DNA of 64,000 nt, taken from the NCBI GenBank assembly GCA_963848135.1, contig CAWKCK010000003.1, forward strand, positions 868,001-932,000. Reading direction: 5' to 3'. Positions 31,433 through 40,859 of the stretch are shown piece after piece. Position 1 is the first letter of the stretch. The number at the start of each line of letters is the position of its first letter. The translations under genes were made by a program, and so were the position numbers. Source of the DNA: an uncultured delta proteobacterium (GTDB lineage: Bacteria > Desulfobacterota > Desulfobacteria > Desulfobacterales > SG8-13). The notes beneath the pieces were generated by a model. The model saw nothing but the letters and a program-made list of their open reading frames with translations. It made no database searches and was not told the origin of the DNA.

Positions 31433-32070
31433 GCAACGAGGTACTTTACACCGTTTGGCGTTTCAATTATTGCCTTCAGATATGGTTGAACCAATGGTTC
31501 AGTGCGTTTAGCCGACACCGGCCCTTCAAAATTAATAGACTCCAACATTGCATGCACTCGCTCTGTATCGGGGTGATGTAATTCTAACCCAATTAACGTC
31601 ATACCATTTTCACTCAGGCCTTCTGTTGGGTGTTTATCCGTTTGCCACTGAATAAGTGCTGGAATCACTCCTTTCATTATAAGGCCACCATTATTCGGTA
31701 TAGTTATCAACCAATCGAGGTTCCCTCGAGTCATAGGCTCGACGCTACCGATACTCTCAGAGCAAGATTCAATGCTTGAATATATATCCTGCGTTCGAGC
31801 AACCCAAGTAGCCAATACTGGCTTTGAAGTTGATTCTACTTTATCGAGTGCGAACCAACGAGGGCGACTTGGTGTAGGAGCGCTGGGGTCTTTTGCGATA
31901 ACCTCCAGGTAAACTGCATGTCCTATGCGTAGAAGTAGATTATGCGTTCCCATCTTTGGGTGTTTTCCTCCTTCCTGAGGACATACACCTAAAGCCTCGT
32001 TTAAATATGCGGATCCAATATCGAGTGTTGGGGCCGTAATCGTAAGGTGGTCAATGTAAGAGCGATTCAT
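31402..32070 (-). CDS. VOC/glyoxalase-like protein
   Basis: IDHL, GGKHPKMGTHN, YLEVIA, RPRWF, PALIQW. Confidence 0.85.
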   Translation of the reverse strand: MNRSYIDHLTITAPTLDIGSAYLNEALGVCPQEGGKHPKMGTHNLLLRIGHAVYLEVIAKDPSAPTPSRPRWFALDKVESTSKPVLATWVARTQDIYSSIESCSESIGSVEPMTRGNLDWLITIPNNGGLIMKGVIPALIQWQTDKHPTEGLSENGMTLIGLELHHPDTERVHAMLESINFEGPVSAKRTEPLVQPYLKAIIETPNGVKYLVAPNKTIHRTR

Positions 32071-32079
32071 CTTCCTTAA

Positions 32080-32183
32080 CCCTAACGTTTGAGGTGAGCA
32101 GCTGCCTAAATTAATCTCAAACTTGCACGGCCTTTACGTAAAACCGCGGTATTCACGCTGTCTGCTCCACCGATTGGTTAGCC
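32080..32183 (-). repeat. attC site (104 bp), canonical
   Basis: Minus strand GGCTAAC(stop codon)-CAATC-GGTGGAGC...GCTCACC-TCAAAC-GTTAGGG. Confidence 0.88.
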
Positions 32184-32441
32184 GGTTTTTTCTTTGAGCT
32201 CCCGCTTCCTTTTCTCACCGATATCATCCCAATGCTTATCGGACAATGCGCCCTCAAACGAATAAAGATAATAGCAGACAGGAAGGGTTTCGGTAGGGTA
32301 CTTTTGTTTTATCATTTTGTGTGCGCCAACCGGACCAACTTTTCGCAGCCTGTCCTCAGAGAAAATTCCTACTTCGTTTAAACGACCGGCTATCTTTTTG
32401 CCGATATTTTTTAATTCAGTCAGTTCCCTATTCTGTTTCAT
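32178..32441 (-). CDS. TfoX C-terminal domain protein
   Basis: LTELKNIG, L..VGI, LY..EGAL...HW. Confidence 0.8.
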   Translation of the reverse strand: MKQNRELTELKNIGKKIAGRLNEVGIFSEDRLRKVGPVGAHKMIKQKYPTETLPVCYYLYSFEGALSDKHWDDIGEKRKRELKEKTG

Positions 32442-32844
32442 AGCCCTGTTGATATTCCTCCGTTGACTCTATTGCCTGAACAATATCCAAATAAATACCA
32501 TTGGGATCTTTTATACAAAAATGGTACTGCCCCCAATCCTCGGAACGAAGCTCAAGAACGATATCAAGCGAATGTTTCTTTGCCTCGATATACGCAAAAT
32601 CCGCATCATCCACCTCAAGACTGAAGATGATTCCATTTCCATCATGGGCTTTATGAAATATGTCCGGTTGTGTGGGTTGACTGGGCAGCATAAATCCAAC
32701 TTGAATGCCAGATTCAGATACAAGATGAAGATACCATTCATTTTCGAAAGCGGCATCAAAGCCCAAGTAGCTTGAATAGAATGATTTAGCTTCATCAATC
32801 TTCTCAATAATAAATACTGGAAAAGAACTATTAGGTTTAATCAT
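32428..32844 (-). CDS. VOC/glyoxalase/bleomycin-resistance family protein (first cassette)
   Basis: FY...LGF, EVDDAD, EDWGQ.HF...DPNG; aaggag RBS. Confidence 0.85.
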   Translation of the reverse strand: MIKPNSSFPVFIIEKIDEAKSFYSSYLGFDAAFENEWYLHLVSESGIQVGFMLPSQPTQPDIFHKAHDGNGIIFSLEVDDADFAYIEAKKHSLDIVLELRSEDWGQYHFCIKDPNGIYLDIVQAIESTEEYQQGYETE

Positions 32845-32859
32845 TTCATTCTCCTTGTA

Positions 32860-32882
32860 GGCTAACAGGTATTAGGCGGAAT
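32860..32882 (-). promoter_or_regulatory. Putative attI recombination site
   Basis: Minus strand CGCCTAATACCTG/TTAGCC between intI and the first cassette; resembles the attI1 core CCCTAAAACAAAG/TT; no long attC palindrome. Confidence 0.65.
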
Positions 32883-33012
32883 CTATTATCTTCAATATGA
32901 CCGAATCGTCTAATTTCAATAAGATAGAATTAAGTATTTGACAAACCCCGGCACTGTGAAAAATGATTTTAGTTTTGTAAATTCATCCTAAATCTTTAAT
33001 ATTAAAACGCAA

Positions 33013-33469
33013 ATGCCACAAAGAGTCAAAAATTTTTGGGCCGCCTACCGTGATGTCGTTCTGTCGGGAAAAATCCTCGAAAGATTCGCAGACTGGTATG
33101 TCCGCTGGGGTGAAGGTTTTGCTAAGTTCATCAAGGGCAAACCGCTAAAAAACGAACCAGCCGCGATGTTGAAGAATACCTGAGATCGAATGTCGAACAT
33201 ACGTATTTCTGTCAATCCCCGCAGCCGCATGATTCGCCGACACCATCTGCATGCCAGCACCATCCAGAAAGCGGTCAAACGGGCCGCCAGAAGCGCCGGT
33301 CAGCCCGCACACCCTCCGGTATTCATTTGCCACGCACCTGCTGGAAAACGGATATGATATCCGCACCGTGCAGGAATTGCTGGGCCATGCCGACGTTGTC
33401 ACCACCATGATTTACACCCATGTGTTCAACCGCCCCGGCATCGCAGTCAAGAGCCCGGCCGACTTTTAG
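33013..33469 (+). pseudogene. intI: Integron integrase remnant
   Basis: Three frames: N-terminal FW..Y...WYVRW, IntI patch [22 protein letters not shown], then [36 protein letters not shown]; box I region missing. Confidence 0.9.
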
Positions 33470-33656
33470 CCGTCAACGACATGATCCGGATGTTACTGGA
33501 AGGTAAATGAGGCATTCGTTTTTCAACCCATTGCCATTCAATATGGGTTGAGGAATTTGTTCAGACCGATTATGGTATCCTGCATCACCAAAAGAGGATC
33601 GGCCGCACTTCAGAGTCAGGGCCGTGGAATCGCAACCCTTAAGACGGTTAGCACCG

Positions 33657-36236
33657 ATGGCGACCTCCGAGTTTACCAAATCCAACCGTAAAAAACAGCC
33701 GACCGGCACGCTCGGGACTTTCGCCGGCGTGTTTACCCCCAGCATCCTGACCATCCTCGGCATCATTCTCTTTTTAAGGCTCGGCTACGTGGTGGGCAGC
33801 GCCGGGCTGGGGCGGGCACTGTTGATCCTGGCTGTGGCCAACGGCATATCGGTGCTGACCTCGTTTTCCCTGTCGGCCATCGCCACCAACCTGCGGGTCA
33901 AGGGCGGCGGGGATTACTACCTGATATCCCGCACCCTCGGGTTGCAGTTCGGCGGCTCGATCGGTATCGTGCTCTACCTTGCCCAGTCGGTGTCGATTGC
34001 GTTTTACTGCATCGGCTTCGGGGAAGTCGTTGCCGAACTGACCGGCAGCCGTTTGACATACATGCCCCAGATCATTGCCGCCGCCGCGGTGGCCTTTTTG
34101 TTCATCTTCGCCTGGTTGGGCGCGGATTGGGCCACCCGTTTTCAGTTTGTTGTGATGGCAATTCTGGGGGCGGCTCTGGCTTCCTTTTTTATCGGCGGCA
34201 TCGGGCGCTGGGACGGAACCCTTCTGGCCGCCAACTGGTCGGCGCCGACAAACGGTCCAGGCTTCTGGGTGATCTTTGCCATTTTCTTCCCCGCGGTTAC
34301 CGGCTTCACTCAAGGGGTGAGCATGTCCGGTGACTTAAAAGACCCCGGGCGCAGTTTACCGCTGGGCACATTTGCGGCCGTGGGACTTTCTATCGTCGTT
34401 TACTTCCTCGCGGCAATTTTGCTGGCCGCCACCTTGCCCCAGGTCACCCTGAGTCGGGAATACGGCGCTATGGGCAGCGTGGCTCTCTTCCGCGGACTGA
34501 TTACCGCTGGCGTTGTTGCCGCTACGCTTTCCTCGGCCATGGCTTCTTATCTCGGTGCCCCCCGAATTTTGCAGTCTCTGGCCTCCGACCGTATCTTTCC
34601 GTTTTTGAACCCGTTTGCCAAAGGTTCTGGCCCGGCGAACAATCCCCGCCGCGGCGTGCTCCTGTCGACTGTGATTGCCTTCGGTACCGTCGGTATCGGG
34701 CAACTGAACCTTATCGCCCCCCTGGTCTCGATGTTCTTTCTCATTTCATACGGCCTGCTCAACTACGCCACTTTTTACGAAGCCCGATCGGAAAGCCCCT
34801 CCTTTCGCCCTCGGTTTCGCTGGTTCGATGCCCGCGCCAGCCTGGTAGGGGCCCTGGCCTGCCTGGGCGCCATGCTGGCCATCGATCCACTGCCCGGCGT
34901 TGCGGCTCTGGCCATCCTGTACGCCATTTATCTTTACCTGAAGCAAAAAGCGAGGTCTCCGCGCTGGGCCGACAGCCGGCGATCGTATCACATGCAGAGA
35001 ATTCGAGGACACCTTCTCGAAGCGGCTGCAGAACCGGAACACCCCCGGTACTGGCGGCCCCAGATGCTGATTTTTGCCGATGAACCCATCCAGCGGCAAT
35101 CCCTGCTGCGTTTTGCCGCCTGGATACAGGGCCGTAGCGGGTTTACTGCTGCGGTGAGAATACTTACCGGTCAAACGGCCCGGCTTCGCAGGGAGAAGCA
35201 AACCGCCGAAGATGAATTGAGGGACGACATTCGCAAAAGCGGCCTCGAGGCTTTTCCACTGGTTGTATTGGCCGGTGACCGCAAAGATGCCGTTCAGGTG
35301 CTGGTGCAGTCTTTCGGAATTGGCCCACTGCATGCCAATACAGTGATGGTCAACTGGATCAACGATACCTCCGATTCCCCGCAACATTACATGGCAGCGG
35401 TCTACGGGCGCAGCCTCAGAGAAGCGTATCGCTTCGGGTGCAACCTGATCATAATGGATGCGACAAACGAGGAATGGGATGAATTAATTGAAATACCAGC
35501 CGGAAAGCGTCGGATCGATGTCTGGTGGCAGGATGACGCCACCGGCAATCTCATGCTTCTTCTGGCTTATCTGATCACCCGCAACGCGGAATGGGAAGGG
35601 GCGACGATCCGGATGCTGGTGGCGCAGGACGGCAGCAAAACTGATGAGCTTACTCAAGAGGCATTGCAGCAGAGACTGGATGATGTGCGCATCGACGCCG
35701 TACCTACGGTCGTCGACAAGCTCGATTCGTATACGGTGATCGAATCCTCCCGGGATGCGTCCCTCGTTTTTCTGCCCATGCGGATTCAAGATTTAAGTAC
35801 GATCACCGCATTCGGCTCTTCCCCGGAAGACCTTTTCGGGCATCTGCCATTGACGGCCCTGGTGCTGGCAGCTGAAACCATTGAGTTGGATGCCGAGCCG
35901 GAAGAAGGCGAGGCCGCCGAGCGTGCCAATGCCCTCGACGCTCTTTCCGATGCAGAAAAGAGAGCGAAAAAGGCCCTAAAGGAGGCCGAAAAAGCCGCTA
36001 CGACAGCTCAAGTTCTGACCGAAAAACTCAACACTGTCCAGTCATCCGTCGCATTGCAGGAGAACGAATCAGCATTGGTCGAGCTCATGGCTGATATCCG
36101 CAAAGCCGAGGACGAGCTGGAGGCAAAAAAACGCCGGTTGGCAAAGGAGAAGGCCAAAGCGGAGACGGCGGCCCGGGAGGCGGAGGCACTGGGTGCAAAG
36201 GAACCGGAGGAGCCACCCGACCAGGAGGAAGAGTGA
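33657..36236 (+). CDS. Cation-chloride cotransporter-like APC permease with C-terminal coiled coil
   Basis: GTFAGVFTP..L.ILG.I.FLR, GGGDYYLISRTLG, FFPAVTG, WRPQ; start 33624 or 33657. Confidence 0.85.
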   Translation: MATSEFTKSNRKKQPTGTLGTFAGVFTPSILTILGIILFLRLGYVVGSAGLGRALLILAVANGISVLTSFSLSAIATNLRVKGGGDYYLISRTLGLQFGGSIGIVLYLAQSVSIAFYCIGFGEVVAELTGSRLTYMPQIIAAAAVAFLFIFAWLGADWATRFQFVVMAILGAALASFFIGGIGRWDGTLLAANWSAPTNGPGFWVIFAIFFPAVTGFTQGVSMSGDLKDPGRSLPLGTFAAVGLSIVVYFLAAILLAATLPQVTLSREYGAMGSVALFRGLITAGVVAATLSSAMASYLGAPRILQSLASDRIFPFLNPFAKGSGPANNPRRGVLLSTVIAFGTVGIGQLNLIAPLVSMFFLISYGLLNYATFYEARSESPSFRPRFRWFDARASLVGALACLGAMLAIDPLPGVAALAILYAIYLYLKQKARSPRWADSRRSYHMQRIRGHLLEAAAEPEHPRYWRPQMLIFADEPIQRQSLLRFAAWIQGRSGFTAAVRILTGQTARLRREKQTAEDELRDDIRKSGLEAFPLVVLAGDRKDAVQVLVQSFGIGPLHANTVMVNWINDTSDSPQHYMAAVYGRSLREAYRFGCNLIIMDATNEEWDELIEIPAGKRRIDVWWQDDATGNLMLLLAYLITRNAEWEGATIRMLVAQDGSKTDELTQEALQQRLDDVRIDAVPTVVDKLDSYTVIESSRDASLVFLPMRIQDLSTITAFGSSPEDLFGHLPLTALVLAAETIELDAEPEEGEAAERANALDALSDAEKRAKKALKEAEKAATTAQVLTEKLNTVQSSVALQENESALVELMADIRKAEDELEAKKRRLAKEKAKAETAAREAEALGAKEPEEPPDQEEE

Positions 36237-36361
36237 CCTGCACTTTTCATGAAAATTTTCAGCAGATCGTAAAATTAACACAACGACATCGCGTGAAATA
36301 GGAAAGTTAATCCCCCAAAAAGCGCATTGCCCCTCTTCTCGTATCATTGGCTATTGTCACT

Positions 36362-37483
36362 CTATAGCCATTTTTTTCGTTTGAACCAAACCAGCATCCC
36401 GATAAAGACCAGAATAAGCAGTGCCCAGAGGACAGGGTAGGCATAGTGCCACTTGAGCTCCGGCATATACTCGAAGTTCATCCCGTATATTCCGGCAATA
36501 AAACTGAGCGGGATGAAAATCGTGGCCATGATGGTGAGAACCTTCATGACTTCGTTCATCTTGTTGCTGGTTGTCGACAGGTAGATATCCAGCAGGCCGG
36601 AAAGAACGTCGCGAAAAGACTCGATGGTCTCGATGACATGAATCGTGTGGTCGTAAATATCGTTAAAGAAAATGCGCACGGCGCTGTCAATAAGGGGAGA
36701 TTCTTCTTTGATCAACCGGTTCAACAGTTCCCGAATCGGCCACACCTGTTTCCTCATGAAGATGATATCCCGCTTGAGGGCATACAGGAGCTGCAGGCTG
36801 ACCGGCGTGGGGTCGGTAAGCAGTTCCTGTTCCAGCAATTCAATTTTTTCTCCGAACGCCTCGAGGATGATGAAGTAGTGGTCGACCACTGCATCGATCA
36901 GGGCATAGGCCAGATAGTCACCGCCGGAATTGCGGATACGTCCTTTACCCTTTTTGATCCGTTCGCGCACCGGCGTCAGAACGTCCCCGGGAATTTCCTG
37001 AAAAGAGATCAGAAAATTTGTTCCCAAAACCAGGCTGACCTGTTCGGATTCGATATGCTCTGATTTCGTATCGTAATAGAGCATTTTGAAAACAATGAAG
37101 GTGTAGTCATCGAATTCCTCGATTTTGGGCCGATGGCCGGTGTTGACGATATCTTCGAGGGTCAAGGGGTGGATGCCAAAGTGCCGGCCGACGGCTGCGA
37201 TCAATTCGAGGTCATGCAGCCCGTCGATATTGATCCAGGTGACTGTGGGCAACGCCTTGAGCGGCAGGGCCTCCTCCATGGTCGTGATTTCTTTCTCGAG
37301 ATAACGTTCGGGGGCATAATCGATGATTGTGATGCGGCTTTTTTCGGCTTTTCTATCGCCGATGGAAACGAGAGTGCCCGGGGATGTCCCCGGTTTCTTG
37401 GAAGGCCTTTTGACGAACCGCCTGAGCGTTCGCGATCCTTTTTTTACATCACGCGCCGGGCGTCCACTTGGTTTTATGTCCAT
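36362..37483 (-). CDS. corA: Magnesium/cobalt transporter CorA
   Basis: HPLTLEDI, RPKIEE, YGMNF..MPEL; ggagg RBS before ATG 37483. Confidence 0.95.
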   Translation of the reverse strand: MDIKPSGRPARDVKKGSRTLRRFVKRPSKKPGTSPGTLVSIGDRKAEKSRITIIDYAPERYLEKEITTMEEALPLKALPTVTWINIDGLHDLELIAAVGRHFGIHPLTLEDIVNTGHRPKIEEFDDYTFIVFKMLYYDTKSEHIESEQVSLVLGTNFLISFQEIPGDVLTPVRERIKKGKGRIRNSGGDYLAYALIDAVVDHYFIILEAFGEKIELLEQELLTDPTPVSLQLLYALKRDIIFMRKQVWPIRELLNRLIKEESPLIDSAVRIFFNDIYDHTIHVIETIESFRDVLSGLLDIYLSTTSNKMNEVMKVLTIMATIFIPLSFIAGIYGMNFEYMPELKWHYAYPVLWALLILVFIGMLVWFKRKKWL

Positions 37484-37543
37484 TGCCCCTCCGATGCTTT
37501 TGTTCCCTCGATCACACATGGGCCCGTGGATTGTTGAAAGTAT

Positions 37544-38063
37544 TTACGGATGCAGTAAATTTATTACATCAAGACTTTGCCGCAACAGGCTGATAGAGGA
37601 GAGAATCAATTCCTTTTCAGCGCTGATGAATTTTTGTTCTTTCGCTACATGAGTGATCAGCGCATGATTGATTTCGATTTGGCGGTTCATGATGGTAATT
37701 TGTTGAATCGAGGTTTCGAGGCTCATTCTTCTCACATCGTAGAAATGCTTGCGGTTCTTTTCTTTGAGTTCCATGTATAGAGTCAGCAGGTCATTCTCGT
37801 ATTCACAGATGGCACCGATCGCCGACAGAGACAGCATCGCTGACAACCAGATGTTCATAGTTTGCATTGGCCTGTCCGAGGGCCATCAGGCGGTTCTTGA
37901 TGTCTTCAAACCGGTCGACGTTTCGACTCAACGCGGCTGTAATCTCGTACATTTGTTGCTGAGCTGCGGCAAAGTTCGCCCCTGAATCCTCGGAAAAGGC
38001 CGCCGTAGAAAAAAGAAGACCTGAGGTGAGGAGCAAAATGAGAAGCGATAGGAATTTATTCAT
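37544..38063 (-). pseudogene. Exported helical protein split by a frameshift
   Basis: Signal-peptide ORF (MNKFLSLLILLL) overlaps the 37544-37867 ORF in another frame near 37845. Confidence 0.55.
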
Positions 38064-38136
38064 ATTCAGTTTTTGATACAGCGAATACGAAATGGGGATA
38101 AAGTTGTTGAAAGGGCGCCTTTTTGATATCTCTATA
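38063..38136 (+). repeat. Highly degenerate, shortened copy of the dispersed repeat
   Basis: gaatacgaaatggggataaagttgttgaaa...tttttgatatctctata. Confidence 0.35.
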
Positions 38137-38296
38137 TCCGGCAGGTCCGTTCGAATTGAAATGGACCGAGTGCATCCATCCAGCGGACAGAACCCAAAAA
38201 TCATATACGCAATCCTCCCGACTGTCAAATCCGGCCAGGTTGTTGTTTCCGCCCGGCGGTTTGTTCGGGCGGATGTGCGGAGAGGTTGTTCTTGCC

Positions 38297-40825
38297 ATGA
38301 AAAATAAAGACCTTCCGGTCGTTAAACGGCCGCTATTCTGGTGGGTATTCGCGGGTGATTTGAGGTTGCAGATCCTGCTGATCATTGTCATCCTGATAAC
38401 CGTTTTTGTCAGGATCGTGCCGCTCGAGATGCAGAAGCGAATCATCAATGATACCATCAAGCTGCAGCAGATTGAACTGCTTTTTGTCTATTGCGGAATC
38501 TACCTTTTAGGTGTTGTGATTGCCGGCGGCCTCAAGTATCTGATCAACATCATTCAGACAAAAATCGGCCAGCAAGCCACGATGGAGATGCGCCGCCAGC
38601 TGTACGATCACATTCTCAGGCTACCGTTGAGCTTTTTCAAGAAAACACAGCCGGGAATGGTCGTTACGTCCCTTCTGAACGAGGTGGCCGCTGCCGGGGA
38701 TTTCATTGGCCAAGCCATCGCCGTTCCGATCACCAACATTCTTTCATTGCTGGTTCTTTCGGTTTATCTTTTCTGGCTCAACCCGCTGCTGGCTGCAGCA
38801 TCCTTGATCATTTATCCGGTTGTCCTGTTTGTTCTCCCTCGACTGCAGAAGGGAGCCAACGCAGCCAACCAACAGCGGGTGGACAAATCACGGGAACTGT
38901 CCAACTCCATTGCAGAAACTGTCAGCGGGCTGCATGAAATACATGCGCATGGTGCCCACCAGACAGAGGCCCGTAAATTTCTCGCCGGCATACAGGATTT
39001 ACAAAAAATCCGCGTCACTTGGAACCTTTTCCGTTTCGGCATTAAAGCCAGCACCAATTTCTTCAACAACTTGAGTCCGTTTTTCATTTTTATCCTTGGC
39101 GGTTATCTGTCGATCAATGGTCATATCGATCTGGGTGCTCTGGTCGCCTTCATATCCGCTCAGGAAAAAATTTTTAACCCGTGGAAAGAGATGATCGATT
39201 TTTATCAGGATTACCAGGATGCATCGGTGAGTTACTATCGCACGATGGGTTACTTCGATGCCCTTTCCGAGCATCGGTTCGACCCCGAAAACCGTTTCCC
39301 TTTCCAACTGGAAAATCGGATCGAGGTGGACGAACTTTCCCTGGTCGCCGATGGCGGGCTAAAGTTATTGGAAAAAATTTCTTTTCGGGTATATCCTGGC
39401 CAATCGCTGGCTCTGGTGGGTCCTTCGGGCAGCGGAAAAAGTACGTTGGTTCACTGCATCAGCCAGCTTATCAGATACTCCGGAGGGAGTATTCGTGTGG
39501 GTGGAGAGGAAGTTGCTGAATTGACAAAAAAAGATGTGGCCCACAACTTGGGATTTGTCTCCCAGAACCCATACATATTCAACGGCACGTTTCAGGAAAA
39601 CTTGCTTTACGCTTGCAATGCCGAGATTAATTCGAAAGATGAAGGCGTCGTATCGAGCGGGCCGACTCTCGACGATATGATCGAGGTTGTCCAGCAAACC
39701 GGTATGTTCGCAGATGTTCTGCGGTTTGGCCTCAATACCACGTTGGATCCGGAACGCCACAAGGAACTGGTGCCGGGTATTTTGAATATACGAAAGAAAT
39801 TACAGCGTCTGAGTTCAGGCGAGATTGGCGATCATATCGAGTTTTTCATAAAAGAGCGCTATCTCTACTATGATAGCGTTGCCAGCAATCTTACTTTCGG
39901 TTTTGCTCAGCACCAGGATCTCAAGGAAGAATTTCTGTCGGATAATGAGTATTTTAAAAAATTCCTACGTGAGACTGGTCTGTATGGGCTGTTGCTGGAT
40001 TTGGGGGCGAAAATCTGCCGCCGCACCATGGATATCTTTGGAAACATATTACCGGATGCCTTTTTCCTCGAGGCTGTCCCCTTCGCGCCGGCAGAATTCG
40101 ATGATGTCAGACGGATAGCCGAACGCCTTGGAGAGTCATTTACCGCACCCCTCACAGATGCGGACCAACGAAAATTGCTTCAACTTGCGCTGCGGTTTGT
40201 ACCCAAGAAGCACAAGATGGTCGGTATGCCCAGGCCGCTTATACGCTTGATTCTCTCGCAGAGGCCTCTATTTAAAAAGAAAATATCTGAGGAAAAACCG
40301 GGTGCGTTTACCTTTTTTCACAAGCGTATCTATATGCATTCGTTGTCGGTTTTGAATAATGTTATCTTTGGGCGCTTGAAAGACGTGAGCCCCAAGGTCG
40401 ATGAAATCATCAATGAGCGGATCGTTCACCTTATGGTTGAAGAGGGGGTTTTGGAGGCGGTGCTCGAGATTGGTTTGCAGTTCCAAGTCGGCTCGAGAGG
40501 TGACCGGCTTTCGGGCGGTCAGCGTCAGAAATTGGCGATTGCCCGGGTGCTCCTCAAAAAGCCACGAATTCTTATCCTGGATGAGGTAACTTCGGCCTTG
40601 GACAACAAATCCCAAACCCGGATTCAGGTGTTGTTGGAATCGCGTTTGAAAGGACAAACGACCGTGATTTCAGTCATTCACCGGTTGGACACTGTTAAGA
40701 ACTACGACAAAATCGTGGTGTTGCGGTCCGGCCAGGTATACGAATCAGGAACTTACGCCGAGCTCATGGAAAACCGCGGTTTATTCTATGAACTCGCCAT
40801 GAGCGAACCAACCACCAAGCCGTAG
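38297..40825 (+). CDS. ABC exporter (TMD-NBD fusion) with ~245-aa insertion in the NBD
   Basis: 6 TM; Walker A GPSGSGKS, Q-loop VSQNP, signature LSGGQRQ, Walker B ILILDE, H-switch; start moved to ATG 38297. Confidence 0.88.
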   Translation: MKNKDLPVVKRPLFWWVFAGDLRLQILLIIVILITVFVRIVPLEMQKRIINDTIKLQQIELLFVYCGIYLLGVVIAGGLKYLINIIQTKIGQQATMEMRRQLYDHILRLPLSFFKKTQPGMVVTSLLNEVAAAGDFIGQAIAVPITNILSLLVLSVYLFWLNPLLAAASLIIYPVVLFVLPRLQKGANAANQQRVDKSRELSNSIAETVSGLHEIHAHGAHQTEARKFLAGIQDLQKIRVTWNLFRFGIKASTNFFNNLSPFFIFILGGYLSINGHIDLGALVAFISAQEKIFNPWKEMIDFYQDYQDASVSYYRTMGYFDALSEHRFDPENRFPFQLENRIEVDELSLVADGGLKLLEKISFRVYPGQSLALVGPSGSGKSTLVHCISQLIRYSGGSIRVGGEEVAELTKKDVAHNLGFVSQNPYIFNGTFQENLLYACNAEINSKDEGVVSSGPTLDDMIEVVQQTGMFADVLRFGLNTTLDPERHKELVPGILNIRKKLQRLSSGEIGDHIEFFIKERYLYYDSVASNLTFGFAQHQDLKEEFLSDNEYFKKFLRETGLYGLLLDLGAKICRRTMDIFGNILPDAFFLEAVPFAPAEFDDVRRIAERLGESFTAPLTDADQRKLLQLALRFVPKKHKMVGMPRPLIRLILSQRPLFKKKISEEKPGAFTFFHKRIYMHSLSVLNNVIFGRLKDVSPKVDEIINERIVHLMVEEGVLEAVLEIGLQFQVGSRGDRLSGGQRQKLAIARVLLKKPRILILDEVTSALDNKSQTRIQVLLESRLKGQTTVISVIHRLDTVKNYDKIVVLRSGQVYESGTYAELMENRGLFYELAMSEPTTKP

Positions 40826-40859
40826 CTGTTTGGAGATTGGAGCCCGTGTTGATTCGATC

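Larger units (their letters stand above)
12844..33469 (-). mobile_element. Sedentary chromosomal integron, decaying: cassette array on minus strand, divergent intI pseudogene
   Basis: All genes from 12.9 to 32.8 kb are co-oriented, short, unrelated and AT-richer; multiple RYYYAAC...GTTRRRY palindromic attC sites; intI remnant with the RRHH patch. Confidence 0.9.

Noticed and set aside
32938..32966. TTGACA as the intI promoter -35 and a possible LexA box
   Set aside because: No good -10 at 16-18 bp spacing and no recognisable SOS box
33045..33408. Minus-strand ORFs opposite intI
   Set aside because: Antisense shadows of the integrase remnant
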